Origin: a virus
DNA: 64,000 nt
IMG/VR virus record: IMGVR_UViG_3300008117_006295
Location: 1 to 64,000 of that record
Direction: 5' to 3' (one strand)
In this document: positions 1-8,834 of the stretch, piece by piece
Layout of the letters: each line of letters begins with the position of its first letter
Numbering within the stretch: position 1 is the stretch's first letter
Program-made: the position numbers and the translations under genes
The notes under the pieces: generated by a model
What the model saw: only the letters and a program-made list of their open reading frames with translations
Told to the model about the DNA's origin: nothing
Database searches by the model: none

Positions 1-49
1 ATAACAATAATTAATACTAGCATTTTATTAGAAACTAAATAATAAGTAT

Positions 50-523
50 ATGTTTACAAGTAAAAATGAACAAAACTTTTTTTTATCTCATATTAAATCA
101 AATCATTATGTATTAGAGTATGGATCAGGTATTTCAACAACAGAAATAGCTAAATTATGCTATAAACTAATTAGTGTAGAACATCAAAATGAATGGTATA
201 TAAAACTTAAAGATCAATTACCAAATAATTGTACATTATTATTTCATCCTCCAGATAAAGAATATATCGAAGGATATGATTGTGGTACTATGGAACAGTT
301 TTTCAGTTATGTCAATTCTCCTATTCCATACAAGCCATTTGATGTTATATTAATAGATGGAAGAGCAAGAGTATCGTGTGCTTCTATCTCAAAAAATATT
401 GTTAAAGATAATGAAAGTATAATTTTTATACATGATTGGGATAGACTAGAATACCAAGAAGCCCTATTATATCTTGATCTAATAGATGTTTGTGAAACTA
501 TGGCAAAATTTAAAATAAAATGA
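50..523 (+). CDS. Class I SAM-dependent methyltransferase
   Basis: VLEYGSG motif I, ISVEH, and DVILIDGRAR strand typical of small glycan-associated methyltransferases. Confidence 0.7.
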   Translation: MFTSKNEQNFFLSHIKSNHYVLEYGSGISTTEIAKLCYKLISVEHQNEWYIKLKDQLPNNCTLLFHPPDKEYIEGYDCGTMEQFFSYVNSPIPYKPFDVILIDGRARVSCASISKNIVKDNESIIFIHDWDRLEYQEALLYLDLIDVCETMAKFKIK

Positions 524-1443
524 TTAATTTATTTCACATTAATAACTATAAAATAGATACTTATGACTATAGTAATATTCTACATGATAAAATTGTAACA
601 AATTTTGAAAATACTATAGCCTCTTACGTGGGCGCTAAATATGCTGTTGGTCTAAATAGCGCAACAAGTGCAATCTTTTTATCTCTTTTAAATAAAAATA
701 TTACTATTAATATACCTAGTATCATACCTCCAGTAGTACCAAATGCTATTCGAACATCTGGTAATGAATATAATTTTATAGATAATATAACTTGGGTAGG
801 AGACTCATACGTTCTGCATAATTTTGCAGACTATAAGATAGTGGATTCTGCCCAAAAAATAGAACCAGAACAATTCATAAAAGAATGTAACGATAATGAT
901 TTAATGATATTTAGTTTTTATCCAACAAAACCAATTGGTAGTTGCGATGGGGGAATGATCGTATCTAATGACTTTGATAAAATAAATTATATTAGAGAGA
1001 TGTCGTTAAATGGTATGACTTTTGCATCTAATAATTGGGAAAGAAAAAATAAATATATTGGCTATAAAATGTATATGAATAGTATTCAAGCTGATATAGG
1101 TTTTAAAAACTATAAAGAATACTTCATTAAAAGAAATACATTAAAATTTATACAAGAATACTATAATAATAAATTAAATCTTAATAATACATCATATCAT
1201 TTATATAGAATATCTGTAGATAATAATATAAAATTTATTGATTATATGAAATCAAATGGTATAATTTGTGGTATACACTATAAATGTCTACATAAAGATC
1301 CTGTTTACTCAGAGAATAATGAGAATCTTCCACTTTCTGAAGAAGAATCTGAAACAACAGTCTCTATACCATTTCACCATAATCTAACAATAGAAAATAT
1401 TAAATATATAGTATCTAAAATTAAGGATTATAAAAATGTCTAA
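520..1443 (+). CDS. DegT/DnrJ/EryC1/StrS PLP-dependent sugar aminotransferase
   Basis: YAVGLNSATSA, IVDSAQ (PLP Asp), FSFYPTKPIGSCDGGM (Schiff-base Lys), GIHY and SIPFH motifs. Confidence 0.9.
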   Translation: MINLFHINNYKIDTYDYSNILHDKIVTNFENTIASYVGAKYAVGLNSATSAIFLSLLNKNITINIPSIIPPVVPNAIRTSGNEYNFIDNITWVGDSYVLHNFADYKIVDSAQKIEPEQFIKECNDNDLMIFSFYPTKPIGSCDGGMIVSNDFDKINYIREMSLNGMTFASNNWERKNKYIGYKMYMNSIQADIGFKNYKEYFIKRNTLKFIQEYYNNKLNLNNTSYHLYRISVDNNIKFIDYMKSNGIICGIHYKCLHKDPVYSENNENLPLSEEESETTVSIPFHHNLTIENIKYIVSKIKDYKNV

Positions 1444-1813
1444 TAATATAATAAAATCAGATCGTGGAGATTTATATGAAATTAACTTTGAAAATGCCCC
1501 ATTTCATGTTAATAGAATTTTTATTGTAGACAATGTTGCTATCGGAGAAAAACGTGGCGAACATGCTCATTATAGTGAAAAACAATTAGTAATATGTATC
1601 AAGGGAGAAATAGAAGCTAACTGGATAACTCCAGACAGTAGTGGATCTGTTGTACTTTCCCAAGGAGATGAATTATATTCTCACCCATTAACTTGGTTAA
1701 CACTTACTTTTATGAAAGAGAATTCATCTTTTGCATGCCTATGTTCTGATCATTTTAATGAAAATGATTATATAAGAGACTTTTCTAAATTTCAAGAAAT
1801 AATCAATCAATGA
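1436..1813 (+). CDS. FdtA/QdtA (WxcM-like) cupin sugar 3,4-ketoisomerase
   Basis: DRGDL, PFHVNRIF, RGEHAH and DYIRD motifs. Confidence 0.88.
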   Translation: MSNNIIKSDRGDLYEINFENAPFHVNRIFIVDNVAIGEKRGEHAHYSEKQLVICIKGEIEANWITPDSSGSVVLSQGDELYSHPLTWLTLTFMKENSSFACLCSDHFNENDYIRDFSKFQEIINQ

Positions 1814-3366
1814 AAAACTATAGATGTTCTAGCTTTTGTTCCTTCTATAAGGGAGGAAAATTTATACAAAAATATATAGAGAATATGCTGGAACAAAGTA
1901 TTTTTAATGATGTAGAATTTATTTTTTTAGATTGTGCATCACCAGATAATGAAGCTACTTATATTAAACCATTATTATCTAAATATGATAATATTAAGTA
2001 TTATCGATTAGAAAAAGATCCAGGATTATATTCTTGTTGGAATATTGCAATTAATAAATGTTCTTCTAGTATAATAACAAATTGGAATATAGATGATAGA
2101 AAAAATAAATATGGATTAGAAATTCTTGTTAATGAACTAGAAGCAGATGAATCATTAGATATGATATATGGACTAACTTTTATTAGTAATATACCTAATG
2201 AAACTTATGACGAAAATCAAAAACTAGAATTATTTAAAAGTCATGAACACTCATTTTCTGAATTAATAAAACATAATTCTCCTCATTGTATGCCAATGTG
2301 GCGAAAAAATATTCATCAAAAATGTGGATATTTTAATGAAAATTATAATAGCATTTCCGATGCTGAAATGTGGCTTAAACTTACGTTAGTAGATGGTAAG
2401 ATTAAAAAAATAAATAAACCAGTAGGATTATATTTTTGGAACCCACAAGGTAGATCAACAGATAAAGAGTTATCTGATCAAAATTATAATGATCTTAAAA
2501 AAGCTAAAATAGAAATTTTAGCTAATATGAATGATATTGAAAAATTATTACCACCAATAAAAGAGTATAAAAATACTTATGATGAGTATAAAGATATTGG
2601 TTTTGTAGAAATGAAAAATACTAAAAATATTTTTATATCAATAGTAAATAATATATCACAAATTCCAATAAATATTAAAAAAATAAATACTCTACTATCT
2701 AATTATAAAGATTCAAAACTGGTTATATATAACTGTGGGTCAACAGATAATTCAGAAACTATATTAAATAATTTAGCTAAAACAAATAAAGATATAATTG
2801 TACTATCTGATAATTCTAAAACTAATCTATTATTATTTGGATATAATTATTATTATAATCTATTAATTAATTTAGTTAAAGAAAAATTTTCTAATTATGA
2901 TTTTTTAACTTTTATAGATATTAATTTTATTGATATAAGTATTAATGGAATAGCTAATTCTTTTGGATATTTATCTAAAAATGAATCAACTTTAATGATT
3001 TCAGGATTTAATATACAAAAAGAAATATATGAAGCTGTTAATCAAATTTTCTTAATAAATAAAAATGCATTATCATATAGATTAAATTATTGGTCATCTC
3101 CATCAGAACTAAAACATGATTATACTTATGATATAAGTTTTTCTTACCAGATGTTTACTCCTGTTGTTGGATCTCCACCAATACCAGTTTATAGTAATTT
3201 TGGAGGATGCGCAATATATAGAAATAAATTTTTAGATAATATACGAGGAGATAATAATATAAATGATAATTATTTTGTTTCTTTAAATAAAAAATTATTA
3301 TCTGAATATAAAAACCATAATATACTAATAAACCCTTCACAACTAATGCTTTCATACCATGAATAA
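1810..3366 (+). CDS. Two-domain glycosyltransferase: N-terminal GT2, C-terminal CAP59-like domain
   Basis: FIFLDCASPD, GLYSCWN, NIDD, PHCMPMWRK; C-terminal STDNSETIL and IPVYSNFGGCAIY motifs. Confidence 0.75.
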   Translation: MKNYRCSSFCSFYKGGKFIQKYIENMLEQSIFNDVEFIFLDCASPDNEATYIKPLLSKYDNIKYYRLEKDPGLYSCWNIAINKCSSSIITNWNIDDRKNKYGLEILVNELEADESLDMIYGLTFISNIPNETYDENQKLELFKSHEHSFSELIKHNSPHCMPMWRKNIHQKCGYFNENYNSISDAEMWLKLTLVDGKIKKINKPVGLYFWNPQGRSTDKELSDQNYNDLKKAKIEILANMNDIEKLLPPIKEYKNTYDEYKDIGFVEMKNTKNIFISIVNNISQIPINIKKINTLLSNYKDSKLVIYNCGSTDNSETILNNLAKTNKDIIVLSDNSKTNLLLFGYNYYYNLLINLVKEKFSNYDFLTFIDINFIDISINGIANSFGYLSKNESTLMISGFNIQKEIYEAVNQIFLINKNALSYRLNYWSSPSELKHDYTYDISFSYQMFTPVVGSPPIPVYSNFGGCAIYRNKFLDNIRGDNNINDNYFVSLNKKLLSEYKNHNILINPSQLMLSYHE

Positions 3367-4105
3367 TAAATATCTTTGTTCGTCTTTTTGTTCTTTTTAT
3401 AACGGTGAAATATTTATTAAAGAATATTTAAATGATATGATCAAACAAACACTTTTTGATCAAATTGAATTTATCTTTTTAGATTGCGCATCATCTGAAA
3501 ATATAAAAAAATATATTGAACCATTTATGAATAAATACGATAATATAAAATACCATCATCTGGAAAAAGATCCTGGATTGTATGCAGCATGGAATATAGC
3601 TATTAAATTTTGTTCTTCAGATATTATTGGTAACTGGAATATAGACGATAGAAAAAATACACATAGTTTTGAAATACTATTAAAAGAATTTAATCAAGAT
3701 CCAGAACTTGATCTTAGTTATGGTATTACATATGTATCATTAAAAGCTAATGAAAAATATGAAGAAAATAATTATAATCTTGTTTATCCATGTTTACAGC
3801 ATTCATTAGAAAATCTATTAAATAATAACTCTCCACATTGTATGCCTTTATGGAAAAAGAGTTTGCACGATAGATATGGTTTCTTTAATGAATCTTACAA
3901 ATCAGCGGCTGACGGAGAAATGTGGTTGCGTTGTGCTTTCCAGGGCGCTAAAATGAAAATGGTCAATCATCCAATTGGACTATATTACCACAATCCAAAT
4001 GGTCGATCAACAAATCCTGAAACTTTACAAGAAATGTTGCAAGAAGTTAGGATTAGTAGACAGCCATATATTCAGATACTACAAAAATTAAAGGAAAATA
4101 AATGA
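3359..4105 (+). CDS. GT2 glycosyltransferase, paralog of the N-terminal domain of 1810-3366
   Basis: Shares CSSFCSFY, FIFLDCAS, LEKDPGLY, NWNIDDRKN and NSPHCMP blocks with the upstream gene. Confidence 0.85.
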   Translation: MNNKYLCSSFCSFYNGEIFIKEYLNDMIKQTLFDQIEFIFLDCASSENIKKYIEPFMNKYDNIKYHHLEKDPGLYAAWNIAIKFCSSDIIGNWNIDDRKNTHSFEILLKEFNQDPELDLSYGITYVSLKANEKYEENNYNLVYPCLQHSLENLLNNNSPHCMPLWKKSLHDRYGFFNESYKSAADGEMWLRCAFQGAKMKMVNHPIGLYYHNPNGRSTNPETLQEMLQEVRISRQPYIQILQKLKENK

Positions 4106-4242
4106 TTATTGCTCTTTCATTTGCTATTATATTTGGAATTATACAAGGTATAAATTCATCATATAACTACAATAGAGCAAGACCACAACCAGTACCTCAT
4201 ACTGATAATTTACTAGAATATATATTTAATACTAAATATTAA
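4102..4242 (+). CDS. Small membrane-anchored protein (46 aa, not in the ORF track)
   Basis: ATGA overlap with the upstream stop; MIIALSFAIIFGIIQG hydrophobic N-terminus; fills the gap. Confidence 0.55.
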   Translation: MIIALSFAIIFGIIQGINSSYNYNRARPQPVPHTDNLLEYIFNTKY

Positions 4243-4252
4243 TAAATAAGAA

Positions 4253-4783
4253 ATGAATAGATTAAAAAATCAAAGAGTATATCTTGCTGGTGCGATGGAC
4301 AGGGTTGCGGATAGAGGAAATGGATGGAGAGACAGTATAACTCCATTTTTAGAAGATCTTGGTACAATAGTATTCAATCCTATTAAAAAACCTTCTGCCA
4401 TAGGGATAGAGGATACTGAGACACACAATCTAAAAAAAGAACTCAAAAAAGAAGAAAAGTATAACGAATTATCTCAATTAATGAAAGTTATACGCTCTGT
4501 TGATTTAAGACTAGTTGATATTAGTGATTTCTTAATTGTTAATCTTGATTTAGATATTCATCCTTGTGGAACATATGAAGAAATTTTTTGGGCAAATCGT
4601 CAAAAAAAACCTATTATAATACATATGGTTCAAGGTAAAGAAAATGCTCCTGATTGGCTATTTGGAACTATTCCTCATGAAATGATTTTCTCATCATGGG
4701 ATGATATAAAGTCTTATCTTGATAAAATTAATTCAATAACAGAAATAGATACCTATAATAGATGGTATTTTTTTAATATATAG
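4253..4783 (+). CDS. Nucleoside 2-deoxyribosyltransferase-like / nucleotide N-glycosidase
   Basis: VYLAG, WR, VFNP, D..VDISDFLIV and GTYEE (nucleophile Glu) pattern. Confidence 0.75.
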   Translation: MNRLKNQRVYLAGAMDRVADRGNGWRDSITPFLEDLGTIVFNPIKKPSAIGIEDTETHNLKKELKKEEKYNELSQLMKVIRSVDLRLVDISDFLIVNLDLDIHPCGTYEEIFWANRQKKPIIIHMVQGKENAPDWLFGTIPHEMIFSSWDDIKSYLDKINSITEIDTYNRWYFFNI

Positions 4784-4784
4784 T

Positions 4785-4988
4785 ATGGCAAAATATTATG
4801 TAAAATCGGGACAGATCAGATTTATAATAGACTGTACTGATCATATTTGTGCTATTATAGCAGCATTGACTCATTATAAAGGTAAAGGTATAATAACGGG
4901 GCCAAAAATTTGTGTTAGCGAACAAGGATTTGAAGATTTTAGAAAATGGAAATGCTACGATACTGATAAATATCTGAAAGAAATATAA
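4785..4988 (+). CDS. Hypothetical protein
   Basis: Tightly packed ORF in the operon. Confidence 0.6.
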   Translation: MAKYYVKSGQIRFIIDCTDHICAIIAALTHYKGKGIITGPKICVSEQGFEDFRKWKCYDTDKYLKEI

Positions 4989-4989
4989 A

Positions 4990-6120
4990 ATGCAAAAAAT
5001 AATTAATGAACTAAAATTAGATTTTGATGATGTTCTTATTCGTCCTAAAAGATCAACATTAAATAGTAGATCAGATGTATGTATTCAAAGAGAATTTAAA
5101 TTTAAATATTCTCCAAGAAAATTATTAACTGTTCCTATCATGGTGGCTAATATGGATACTGTTGGTACATTTAATATGGCTAAAACATTATCAGAATATC
5201 AAGCAATAACTTGCTTGCATAAACACTATAAAATAAATGAATATGTTGCTTTTTATACTGACCCAAGCATCCCTAATAAAGATTTAGTCTTTTATTCAGT
5301 AGGCACTGGACAAAAAGATATAGAAAAATTAATTGATGTATTTAATCAAATTAAAAAATATAATTTTCAAACACCTAATATTTGTTTAGATGTTGCAAAT
5401 GGTTATACAGAACAATTTGTAAAAACATCGTCTCATATTAGAAAACTATTTCCAGACTCTGTTTTAATGGCCGGAAATGTTGTTACTCCAGAAATGACAG
5501 AAGAACTTATTATTCATGGTCAGGTTGATATAGTTAAGGTCGGTATAGGTTCTGGTAGTGTATGTACCACTCGTTTAAAAACAGGCGTTGGATACCCCCA
5601 ATTGAGTGCTGTAATGGAATGTTCTGACGCTGCTCATGGTCTTGGTGGACATATTTGTTCTGACGGAGGTTGTAAAGTAATCGGAGATATTTGTAAAGCA
5701 TTTGGAGGAAATACTGACTTTGTAATGCTTGGAAGTATTTTTGCTGGAACAGATGAGTGCGAAGGAGAATGGGCCTATGAATACTATGTAGACCCAGGAT
5801 CGTCTGCTCCAGGATTTTGGCAACCTATTGATCCAGGAAATGAAGGATCTATAAAAAAGAAAATATCTCTTAAGTATTATGGAATGAGTAGTGAAAAAGC
5901 AATGAATAAACACCATAATGGGGTTGCTAAATATCGTACAGCAGAAGGTAAGTGTGTCACAATTCCATATAAGGGCAAGGCTAAAGAAATTTTACAAGAT
6001 ATTTATGGTGGGATAAGAAGCGCATGCACTTATATTGGTGCAAATAAAATAAAAGATTTTGGCAAAAAAACAACATTTATACAAGTTAACAATACTCACA
6101 ATAAGGTATATGAAAAATGA
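4990..6120 (+). CDS. guaC: GMP reductase
   Basis: KLDFDDVLIRPKRSTL.SRS, ANMDTVG, CLDVANGY, KVGIGSGSVCTTR, YGMSS, YRTAEGK, GGIRSACTY. Confidence 0.95.
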   Translation: MQKIINELKLDFDDVLIRPKRSTLNSRSDVCIQREFKFKYSPRKLLTVPIMVANMDTVGTFNMAKTLSEYQAITCLHKHYKINEYVAFYTDPSIPNKDLVFYSVGTGQKDIEKLIDVFNQIKKYNFQTPNICLDVANGYTEQFVKTSSHIRKLFPDSVLMAGNVVTPEMTEELIIHGQVDIVKVGIGSGSVCTTRLKTGVGYPQLSAVMECSDAAHGLGGHICSDGGCKVIGDICKAFGGNTDFVMLGSIFAGTDECEGEWAYEYYVDPGSSAPGFWQPIDPGNEGSIKKKISLKYYGMSSEKAMNKHHNGVAKYRTAEGKCVTIPYKGKAKEILQDIYGGIRSACTYIGANKIKDFGKKTTFIQVNNTHNKVYEK

Positions 6121-7232
6121 ATAATTTAAATATGATGTGTCCAATAGGTGGAACTGGTTATGGTATTACTTCTTTAAATATTTTTAAAGAACTATATAAA
6201 CTTAATAATAAAATTTCATTATTTCCAGTAGGGAATAATCTAAGCTATAACTCTGAAAATGAAAAACCTATATTACAAGAATGTATGGTTAATAGTAGAT
6301 TTTTTGATAACAATGCTCCTATTCTTAAAATATGGCATCAAAATGATCTTGCTATTAGACCAGGAAAAGGTAGATACTATGTTTTTCCATTTTTTGAGCT
6401 TGATACATTATCAGATTTAGAAAAACATCATCTTAAATGCGCAGATGAACTATTTGTTGCATCAGAATGGGGAAAAGAAGTTTTAATTAATAATGGTATA
6501 GATAAAAAGATAACAGTGTCTCCATTAGGGGTCGATCTTGAAATTTTTAAGAAACCATTAAAAATAAAGATAGATAATCCCAATTATGTCTTTATGCATA
6601 TTGGTAAGTGGGAAAAAAGAAAATCCCACGACTTTTTAATTGAAGCTTTTGATAAAGCCTTTAATATTGATGATAATGTAGAATTATGGTTAATGCCATT
6701 TAATCCATTCTTAACTAAAGAACAAGAAGAAGAATGGGTAAAATTAGTGCAGAAAGCTAAATTATCTTCTAAAATTAAAATATTCAATAGAGTAGAAACA
6801 CAACATCATTTAGCAGAATTTATTGACCATTGTGATTGTGGTATCTTTTTATCTCGCGCAGAAGGATGGAATAATGAAATTATTGAAACTATGGCGCTTG
6901 ATAAGCCAATAATAGCAACAAATTATTCAGCCCATACTGAATACTGCACACAAGATAATAGTTATTTAGTAGATATAGATACTTTAGAAAAAGCATTTGA
7001 TAATAAATGGTTCAATGGTGAGGGTAATTGGGCCAAATTAGGGGATCGTCAATTAGAGCAAAGTATTAATCATATGAGATTTGTGTATAACAATAATATT
7101 AAAAGTAACCCTAATGGTTTGGAAACAGCTAAATTATATAGTTGGAAAAATACTTCACAAATTATTTCTTCACAAATTTTTAATAAAGAAACAAACAATG
7201 CCTATTCCAGAAAAAAGAGAAAAAGAAGATAA
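6117..7232 (+). CDS. GT4 (GT-B fold) glycosyltransferase
   Basis: GTGYG, PLGVD, IGKWEKRK, SRAEGWNNEIIE (EX7E) and PIIATNYSA. Confidence 0.88.
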   Translation: MNNLNMMCPIGGTGYGITSLNIFKELYKLNNKISLFPVGNNLSYNSENEKPILQECMVNSRFFDNNAPILKIWHQNDLAIRPGKGRYYVFPFFELDTLSDLEKHHLKCADELFVASEWGKEVLINNGIDKKITVSPLGVDLEIFKKPLKIKIDNPNYVFMHIGKWEKRKSHDFLIEAFDKAFNIDDNVELWLMPFNPFLTKEQEEEWVKLVQKAKLSSKIKIFNRVETQHHLAEFIDHCDCGIFLSRAEGWNNEIIETMALDKPIIATNYSAHTEYCTQDNSYLVDIDTLEKAFDNKWFNGEGNWAKLGDRQLEQSINHMRFVYNNNIKSNPNGLETAKLYSWKNTSQIISSQIFNKETNNAYSRKKRKRR

Positions 7233-7863
7233 GCAAGAATTCGTTGCTCGTTGTATGGGTAGTGAAATAATGAAAAAAGACTATCCAGATAATAAACAAA
7301 GAATAGCCGTGTGCCTAAGTCAAAGTACAAAAACAAAAAGTAATTTTTTTGATCAAGTACTTGATATTTTAGGTTTTTCTTTATCGTATAATGACTGTGA
7401 ATCTTGTGGAGATTCTGAAGAAATTACTTCTTCAAATATAATAATACCAAAAAATACTGATTATTTAGACTATCATGATACTGATACAGAAGAAATAGAT
7501 GCTGAATTAATTATAGCAAAATATGAATACGAAGATCCTGTAACACATGAAGTTTTTTACTTTAATAAAATTGGTAATTATAAAAAAAATAATAGATATT
7601 TAGTATTTCAAGGTAAAGCATCAGAATATCAAAATCGTAAAGTAACCTTGAACAAACCTTTTAGAACACCAAAAGGGCCAAAAAAGTTTAGTGTATATGT
7701 TAAGAATGAGAAAGGTAATATTGTTAAGGTGAACTTTGGTGATCCTAACATGAAAATTAAAAAATATATACCAGAACGCCGTAAAAGTTTTAGAGCAAGA
7801 CATAATTGCGATAATCCTGGCCCAAAATGGAAAGCAAGGTACTGGAGCTGCAAAGCTTGGTAA
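7198..7863 (+). CDS. Modular phage protein with a basic C-terminal domain (DUF6321-like), probable head-internal protein
   Basis: Likely start is the ATG at 7198 (MPIPEK...FVARCM); C-terminal KVTLNKPFR...VNFGDPNM...RRKSFRARHNC...ARYWSC. Confidence 0.65.
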   Translation: MPIPEKREKEDKQEFVARCMGSEIMKKDYPDNKQRIAVCLSQSTKTKSNFFDQVLDILGFSLSYNDCESCGDSEEITSSNIIIPKNTDYLDYHDTDTEEIDAELIIAKYEYEDPVTHEVFYFNKIGNYKKNNRYLVFQGKASEYQNRKVTLNKPFRTPKGPKKFSVYVKNEKGNIVKVNFGDPNMKIKKYIPERRKSFRARHNCDNPGPKWKARYWSCKAW

Positions 7864-7869
7864 ATTAAT

Positions 7870-8208
7870 ATGAATTATCATCAAATACTAAATAGCCTTA
7901 AAGACTCCATTAAAGCAAGTGATCTTGTAATGGATACAGATGGACCAGATTACATAAATAGTCCTTCTGATAACTATGAAAGAATAACTAGATCTGTTTT
8001 TAAAACTGGTGATAAAGTACAAAATATTAATAAATCATGTAAGCACTATGGTAGTGAAGGAATTGTGGAAGGTTTAGAAGAATTACCTGAATATATGGGA
8101 AATGTTGTTTTGTATAGAACAACAAATTCTGGACCAAATTGGAAAAAAGGAGAGGTTCTAAAAAAGACCGAAGTTCAACTTAAAAATCTTAGTTGCGTAC
8201 AAAAATAA
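7870..8208 (+). CDS. Hypothetical protein with an SH3/KOW-like C-terminal part
   Basis: FKTGDKV.NIN..C.HYGS.G.V pattern; N-terminal peptide shared with its neighbours. Confidence 0.55.
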   Translation: MNYHQILNSLKDSIKASDLVMDTDGPDYINSPSDNYERITRSVFKTGDKVQNINKSCKHYGSEGIVEGLEELPEYMGNVVLYRTTNSGPNWKKGEVLKKTEVQLKNLSCVQK

Positions 8209-8223
8209 GAAAGGCTCATAAAT

Positions 8224-8751
8224 ATGTCAGAAATTAATAAGTTATTAGAGAATCTTGATTCTTCAAAAAGTCAAGAAATAACAAATTATTCATCACAAAA
8301 TGTTATTGAATTACTTAAAAAATCTTTAAATATTCACTGGCAACAAACAACGTCGCTATCTGCACAAGCAATTCATCTAGAGCGTTGGGGCTATAAAAAA
8401 TTATCTGATATTATTAGAAAAGACGCAGAGGAAGAACATCAACATGCTATTATCAATATAAAAAGATTAGAATTTTTTGATGTAGATTATCAGCCACTAG
8501 TTATAGAGCCACCATCTTGGAAAAGACATGATATGGTTGCTTTAATACAATATAATCTTAATTCTGTAAGAGAAGCATCTGCTACTGAAAGAGCCACAAT
8601 AGTTGCGGCAAGAGCAGTTGGAGACGAAATAACAGCAAATATGATGATACCACTACTACAAGGTAGTGAAGATGGTATTGAGCTTTATGAAAGTTTCCTA
8701 AAACTAATTGATCAAATGGGTATTGATGACTTCTTAACTTTACAGGTTTAA
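8224..8751 (+). CDS. bfr: Bacterioferritin-like protein with a degenerate ferroxidase centre
   Basis: ERWGYKKL, EEEHQHA...RLEFF, AVGDEITA and LIDQMGIDDFL align by eye with bacterioferritin helices A-E. Confidence 0.75.
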   Translation: MSEINKLLENLDSSKSQEITNYSSQNVIELLKKSLNIHWQQTTSLSAQAIHLERWGYKKLSDIIRKDAEEEHQHAIINIKRLEFFDVDYQPLVIEPPSWKRHDMVALIQYNLNSVREASATERATIVAARAVGDEITANMMIPLLQGSEDGIELYESFLKLIDQMGIDDFLTLQV

Positions 8752-8752
8752 T

Positions 8753-8815
8753 ATGGATAAACTAAATAGTATTTTAAATTCTATACAAGCTGCTATAGAA
8801 TGTCCACTAACTTAA
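8753..8815 (+). pseudogene. 20-codon ORF or gene remnant (MDKLNSILNSIQAAIECPLT)
   Basis: Starts 1 nt after the bfr stop and carries the same N-terminal motif as flanking genes. Confidence 0.4.
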
Positions 8816-8834
8816 TATATAAGGTATAACTACA

